A DNA stretch of 64,000 nucleotides from Candidatus Eiseniibacteriota bacterium (lineage in GTDB: Bacteria; Eisenbacteria; RBG-16-71-46), in assembly GCA_963725865.1 (NCBI GenBank), contig CAVSAC010000010.1, positions 96,001-160,000 of the forward strand, written 5' to 3'. The notes under the pieces are model-generated. The model had not been told where the DNA came from, searched no databases, and saw only the letters and a program-made list of their open reading frames with translations. Position numbers and translations under genes: made by a program. Positions 58,956 through 64,000 of this stretch are shown piece after piece; positions within the stretch are counted from its first letter, which is position 1, and every line of letters starts with the position of its first letter.

Positions 58956-60455
58956 CGCGAGCACCAGCGCGCGGACCGCGAGCACCGCGCACGCGAGCAG
59001 CGCAGCGGCGCCCGGCCAGTCCCCCCAGCGCGTGAACGGCGTCGGCGGTCCCGGCACCCCGAGTGCCGCCACCAGCACCGCGGGCACGAACACCGGAACC
59101 CGATCCGTCACTCGTCCGCCCGCGTCGATCAGCAGCGTGAGCCCGGTGTTGGCGCAGCGCGCGAGCGGGACGTGGTTCTCGACGGCGCGGAACACCGCCA
59201 TCGCGGCGTGCTGGTACAGCGCGCTGCTGTTGCCGAACCACTCGTCGTTCGTGATGTTCACGAGCCAGCGCGCGCCGTGGCGCACGTCGGCGCGCGCCAG
59301 ATCCGCGAAGATGGACTCGAAGCACACCAGGCACGCGAACGGACCCGCCGCGCTCGGGAACAGCACCGTCGAGTCCCCGGCCGCCCATTCGGCCTGCCCG
59401 AGATCGAGCCGGCCCAGGAACGGCAGCACGCGCTGGAACGGCATGCGCTCGCCGAACGGAACCAGATGGCGCTTCGCGTAGCGCTCTCCGAGCCCGCCGT
59501 CGGGGGCGAACGTCCCCGCGGCGTTGTAGGCGCGCAGGCGTCCGCCCGGTCCCAGCTCCCAGTCGGCATAGCCCGCGAACACCGGCACCCCGGTGCGCGC
59601 GGCGAGCTCGGTGACCTCGAGCGCCTGGTCCAGCTGCTTGCGCAGATAGGAGCCGGTCGCGGTTTCGGGCCAGATCAGGAGCGCCGGTCGCGGCGTGCGG
59701 CGCGCGGCGGAGTCGCTGAGCGCGACGAACCGCGCGAGGATCTCGCCCTGGTGCCGGCCGGACCACTTGATCTCGCCCGGGATGTTTCCCTGCACGAGCG
59801 CGACCACCGGACCTGCGCGGCGCGGAAGGGCGTCGAGAGCGCGGGTGCCCCACGCGAACGCGAACGCGAGCAGCAACCCCGCCCCCAGCGCCGCGCGCAG
59901 GCGCGCGCCGCCGGCCGCCGCGCGCCACGCCAGCACGTTGAGCGCCACCACCCACAGCGTGACCAGGCGCGCGCCCCCGATCGCCGCCAGCTGTACGACC
60001 GGCAGGTAGGCGTGCTGCGTGTAGCCGGCCTCGAACCACGGGAAGCCCAGCTCGCCCGAGCCGCGCAGCACCTCCACCGCCAGCCACACCGCCGGGAACA
60101 CGACCGCGAGCGGCAGGCGCGCGCGCCGAACGAGCACGCCGGCGAGCAGGGTCGCGAGGCCCGGGAACACCGCGAGGTAGGCGGCGGCGAGCAGCCACGC
60201 CGGGTACTTCACCCACGGCACCGTGATCGCGACCTCGGACAGCAGCGCGATCCAGTGGACGCCGATGAGGAAGAACGCGAGGCCGAACCACCAACCCAGG
60301 AGGAACAGCGCCCGCGCCCGCGCGCCGCGCGCGAGCCGCGCGTCGAGGGCCGCCAGCAGCGGGATCAGGGCACCCCACGCCAGGAAGCCGAGGGGCGCCG
60401 GGAGGAACGCCACCCCGAGCAGCGCGCCCGACAGCAGCGCGAGTCCGGTCTCGAG
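58929..60455 (-). CDS. lnt: Apolipoprotein N-acyltransferase (start unresolved; first canonical GTG at 60413)
   Basis: GFPW, VQGNI, WPETA, YAKRHLVPFGE, VCFE, TNDEWFG, RAVEN, ANTG. Confidence 0.93.
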   Translation of the reverse strand, partial: LETGLALLSGALLGVAFLPAPLGFLAWGALIPLLAALDARLARGARARALFLLGWWFGLAFFLIGVHWIALLSEVAITVPWVKYPAWLLAAAYLAVFPGLATLLAGVLVRRARLPLAVVFPAVWLAVEVLRGSGELGFPWFEAGYTQHAYLPVVQLAAIGGARLVTLWVVALNVLAWRAAAGGARLRAALGAGLLLAFAFAWGTRALDALPRRAGPVVALVQGNIPGEIKWSGRHQGEILARFVALSDSAARRTPRPALLIWPETATGSYLRKQLDQALEVTELAARTGVPVFAGYADWELGPGGRLRAYNAAGTFAPDGGLGERYAKRHLVPFGERMPFQRVLPFLGRLDLGQAEWAAGDSTVLFPSAAGPFACLVCFESIFADLARADVRHGARWLVNITNDEWFGNSSALYQHAAMAVFRAVENHVPLARCANTGLTLLIDAGGRVTDRVPVFVPAVLVAALGVPGPPTPFTRWGDWPGAAALLACAVLAVRALVLALTARAGRT

Positions 60456-60459
60456 TCGC

Positions 60460-61476
60460 TCAGTCGAGCCGGACCTCCTTGCCCTGCTCGGCCGAGCGAT
60501 ACACCGCGTCCATCAACTCCATCACCGGCAGCAGCTCCTCCGCCGAGCCCATCGGCTTGGCGCCCTTGCGGAACACGTCGGCGACGTGCGCGATCTGCCC
60601 CTCGATGGAGACCTTGTACTGGTTCTTCGCGGTGTCGAGCGTGGTCGGCGTCACGTTCACCAGCTCGCCGTGCATGCCCTTGTGGAGGCGGAACGGATTC
60701 AGCAGCGCGGCGCCGCCCGAGCCCAGCAGGTTGAGGTAGGCGAAGTCCTTCTCCATCAGCAGGCCCCACGTGAGCTCGAGCGTCAGCGTGGCGCCGGTGG
60801 CCAGCCGGAAGAACGCGGTGGCCGAATCCTCGACCTCGCCCTTGCGCGAGCGGTGCAGGCTCGCCGTCACCGAGTCCACCTTCGGCTGGTCGAGCACCCA
60901 CAGCGCGAGATCGAGCATCTGAAAGCCGAGGTCGAGCACCACGCCGCCGCCCGATTCGCGCTTGGTGCGGCGCCACTCGTCGGAGTCCCAGCTGGTGCGC
61001 TGGCGCAGCCAGCCGGTCTTGGCGTGGAAGATCTCCCCGAGGTCGCCCTTCTCCACGAACTTCTTCAGCAGCAGCGCGTCGGGACGGAAGCGGTGCTGCA
61101 CCGCGCACAGGCACAACCGGTCGGCCTTCTTCGCCGCCTTCACCATCGCGGCGGCCTCCTGCGCGCTGCGCGCGAGCGGGCGCTCGCACAGCACGTGCTT
61201 GCCCGCCTCGAGCGCCGCGACCGCCATCGGCTGGTGCAGGTAGTTCGGGGTACACAGATCGACCGCATCGATGGAGTCGTCCGCGAGCAGCTCGTCGAAG
61301 CGTCCGAGCGCGCTCGGAATGCCGAAACGCTGCGCCACCTGCTGCGCCTTCTCGGGATCCCGGTCGACGATCGCCACCAGCTCCAGCCCCTCGACCTTCT
61401 TCAGGGCCGGAATGTGGTTGATCTGGGCCGCGGCACCTGCTCCCACCAGTCCGATCCGCACGTTTTTTCGCGCCAA
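60460..61476 (-). CDS. Gfo/Idh/MocA family oxidoreductase
   Basis: TTG start after GGAGG; RIGLVGAG, CTPNYLH, GKHVLCERP, SGGGVVLDLG. Confidence 0.9.
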   Translation of the reverse strand: MARKNVRIGLVGAGAAAQINHIPALKKVEGLELVAIVDRDPEKAQQVAQRFGIPSALGRFDELLADDSIDAVDLCTPNYLHQPMAVAALEAGKHVLCERPLARSAQEAAAMVKAAKKADRLCLCAVQHRFRPDALLLKKFVEKGDLGEIFHAKTGWLRQRTSWDSDEWRRTKRESGGGVVLDLGFQMLDLALWVLDQPKVDSVTASLHRSRKGEVEDSATAFFRLATGATLTLELTWGLLMEKDFAYLNLLGSGGAALLNPFRLHKGMHGELVNVTPTTLDTAKNQYKVSIEGQIAHVADVFRKGAKPMGSAEELLPVMELMDAVYRSAEQGKEVRLD

Positions 61477-61510
61477 GGGAAGCCCTCCATGGAGTAAGGC
61501 CGGGCGCAGT

Positions 61511-62527
<1,017 letters not shown>

Positions 62528-62561
62528 CCCCACCTCCTCCTCACCACCAGTCCCACGGGGG

Positions 62562-63581
62562 TCACGCCTCGATCCACTCCACTCCGCGCTCGCCGGACTC
62601 GACCGCGCCGATCGTCCACACCGTCTCGCCGTGGCGCTCCAGCTCGCCCGTCACGCCGGCCGCGGCCTCGCGCGCCACCACGGCGACCAGCCCGATGCCG
62701 AGGTTGAGCGCGGCGCGGGCGTCCTCCTCCGGCACCGCGCCCGCCCGCAACAGCCACTCGAACAGCGGCGGACGCGGCCACCCGCCGGCGCGCACGCGCG
62801 CGCGGCAGCCCGCAGGGAGCACCCGCACCAGGTTGCCCGCGATGCCGCCGCCGGTCACGTGCGCGAGCGCGTGCAGCCCGGCCCCACCCACCAGCGGCAG
62901 CACGCTGCGGCCGTACCAGCGGTGCGGCGCCAGCAGCGCGTCGCCGACCCGCTCCCCCGCGCCACCCGGCAGCGGAGCGTCGAGCGGCATCCCGCTCGCC
63001 TCCACCACGCGGCGCGCGAGCGAGTACCCATTGGTGTGGAGGCCGCTGCCGGCCAATCCCAGCACCACGTCGCCGGCCCGCACCGCGCTTCCGTCCAGCA
63101 CCCGCGCGGGGTCCACCGTGCCGAGCATGCAACCGGCCACGTCCACCACGCCCGCGAGGTAGGTGTCCGGCAGCTCGGCGGTCTCGCCTCCGAGCAGCAC
63201 CGCCCCGACCTCGCGACAGGCGCGCGCGAGGCCCGCGACCACCGCCACCACCACCTCGGAATCCAGGCGCGACTGCGCGATGTAGTCGAGGAACGCCAGC
63301 GGGCGCGCACCGTGCACGAGCAGATCGTTGGCCCCGTGGTACACGAGGTCGGCCGCGGCGTCGGCGACCCGACCCGCGGCCACGCCCAGGTGGAGCTTGG
63401 TGCCGACACCGTCCATCGTGGCCGCCAGCAGCGCCGGAGCGCCGGGGAACGCCATCACCCCGGCGAATCCGCCCGCCAGCGGGCGCACGCCCGCGGTCCA
63501 CGTCGAGCGCACGGCGCGGCCGAGTTCTTCCTTCACCGCGTCGGCCCGCGCGATGTCCACGCCCGCGTCGCGATAGCGCAT
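62562..63581 (-). CDS. purM: Phosphoribosylformylglycinamidine cyclo-ligase
   Basis: YRDAGVDI, DGVGTK, FLDY, GGETAE, SGLHTNGYSL, HVTGGG, NLGIG. Confidence 0.96.
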   Translation of the reverse strand: MRYRDAGVDIARADAVKEELGRAVRSTWTAGVRPLAGGFAGVMAFPGAPALLAATMDGVGTKLHLGVAAGRVADAAADLVYHGANDLLVHGARPLAFLDYIAQSRLDSEVVVAVVAGLARACREVGAVLLGGETAELPDTYLAGVVDVAGCMLGTVDPARVLDGSAVRAGDVVLGLAGSGLHTNGYSLARRVVEASGMPLDAPLPGGAGERVGDALLAPHRWYGRSVLPLVGGAGLHALAHVTGGGIAGNLVRVLPAGCRARVRAGGWPRPPLFEWLLRAGAVPEEDARAALNLGIGLVAVVAREAAAGVTGELERHGETVWTIGAVESGERGVEWIEA

Positions 63582-64000
63582 CAGGCGTGGGCCCGGCGGG
63601 GCGGCTGGAGCCGCAGCTGCAGGAGGTCCTCGCTGCTCGGGCTGGGCAGCAGCGGGAATCCGCCCGACTGGTGAAGGCGCACGAGGCAGCCGACCACGTC
63701 GGCATCGAACTGGGTGCCGGCCCCGCGCTGCAGCTCTCCGATCGCCGACTCGAGCGAGAGCGCGCGGCGGTACGGGCGGTCGGATGTCATGGCGTCGAAC
63801 GCATCCGCCACGTTCAGGATGCGCGCCCCGAGCGGGACGTCGGCCGACCGCAGTCCGAACGGGTAGCCCTGTCCATCCGGCCGCTCGTGATGGCTGCGCA
63901 CGATCTCGGCGGCGCGCCGCAGCGCGCGCACCTTGGAGACGATGTCGGCGCCCGCGCCGGGATGCGCGCGCAGCGTGCGCTGCTCCTCGTGCGAGAGCGA
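63581..64000 (-). CDS. HD-GYP domain protein, C-terminal part (runs off window edge)
   Basis: HP...HHERPDGQGYPFGL...ARILNVADAFDAMTSDRPYR...GTQFD. Confidence 0.92.
   Translation of the reverse strand, partial: SLSHEEQRTLRAHPGAGADIVSKVRALRRAAEIVRSHHERPDGQGYPFGLRSADVPLGARILNVADAFDAMTSDRPYRRALSLESAIGELQRGAGTQFDADVVGCLVRLHQSGGFPLLPSPSSEDLLQLRLQPPRRAHA

Overview
Very GC-rich (roughly 70% or more, by eye), densely coding bacterial chromosome segment of about 54 genes, all but two on the minus strand and mostly coupled by overlapping stop/start codons. No rRNA, tRNA, CRISPR array or mobile element was seen. In window order: (i) 5' end of uvrA; (ii) a Yip1-TolC-MFP-ABC ATPase export cluster with four MacB-type permeases; (iii) a TonB-ExbD-ExbD-ExbB motor preceded by two STAS proteins, a TPR protein and a PstS-fold lipoprotein; (iv) asnS, with a divergent plus-strand pair (TPR/membrane/Zn-finger protein and a DUF4388 protein with a GspG-like head); (v) a long envelope-biogenesis run transcribed lysS-lolC/E-lolD-mcsA-mcsB-clpC-bamA-skp-lpxD-lpxC/fabZ-lpxA-gnnA-like-lpxB-DUF374-waaA-lpxK-nadB-Minf_1886-like-msbA-GT9-proS-waaF-gmhB; (vi) purB-purL-purQ(frameshifted)-double purS-like-purF, htrA, truA, orphan ecfT, asd, lnt, an oxidoreductase, a sigma54 activator without sensor domain, purM and the 3' end of an HD-GYP gene. 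The LpxC-FabZ fusion, ExbB-ExbD-ExbD-TonB layout and high GC suggest a diderm of the FCB group (inference, e.g. Eisenbacteria/Gemmatimonadota-like). Family assignments come from recognising motifs by eye; no database search was run.
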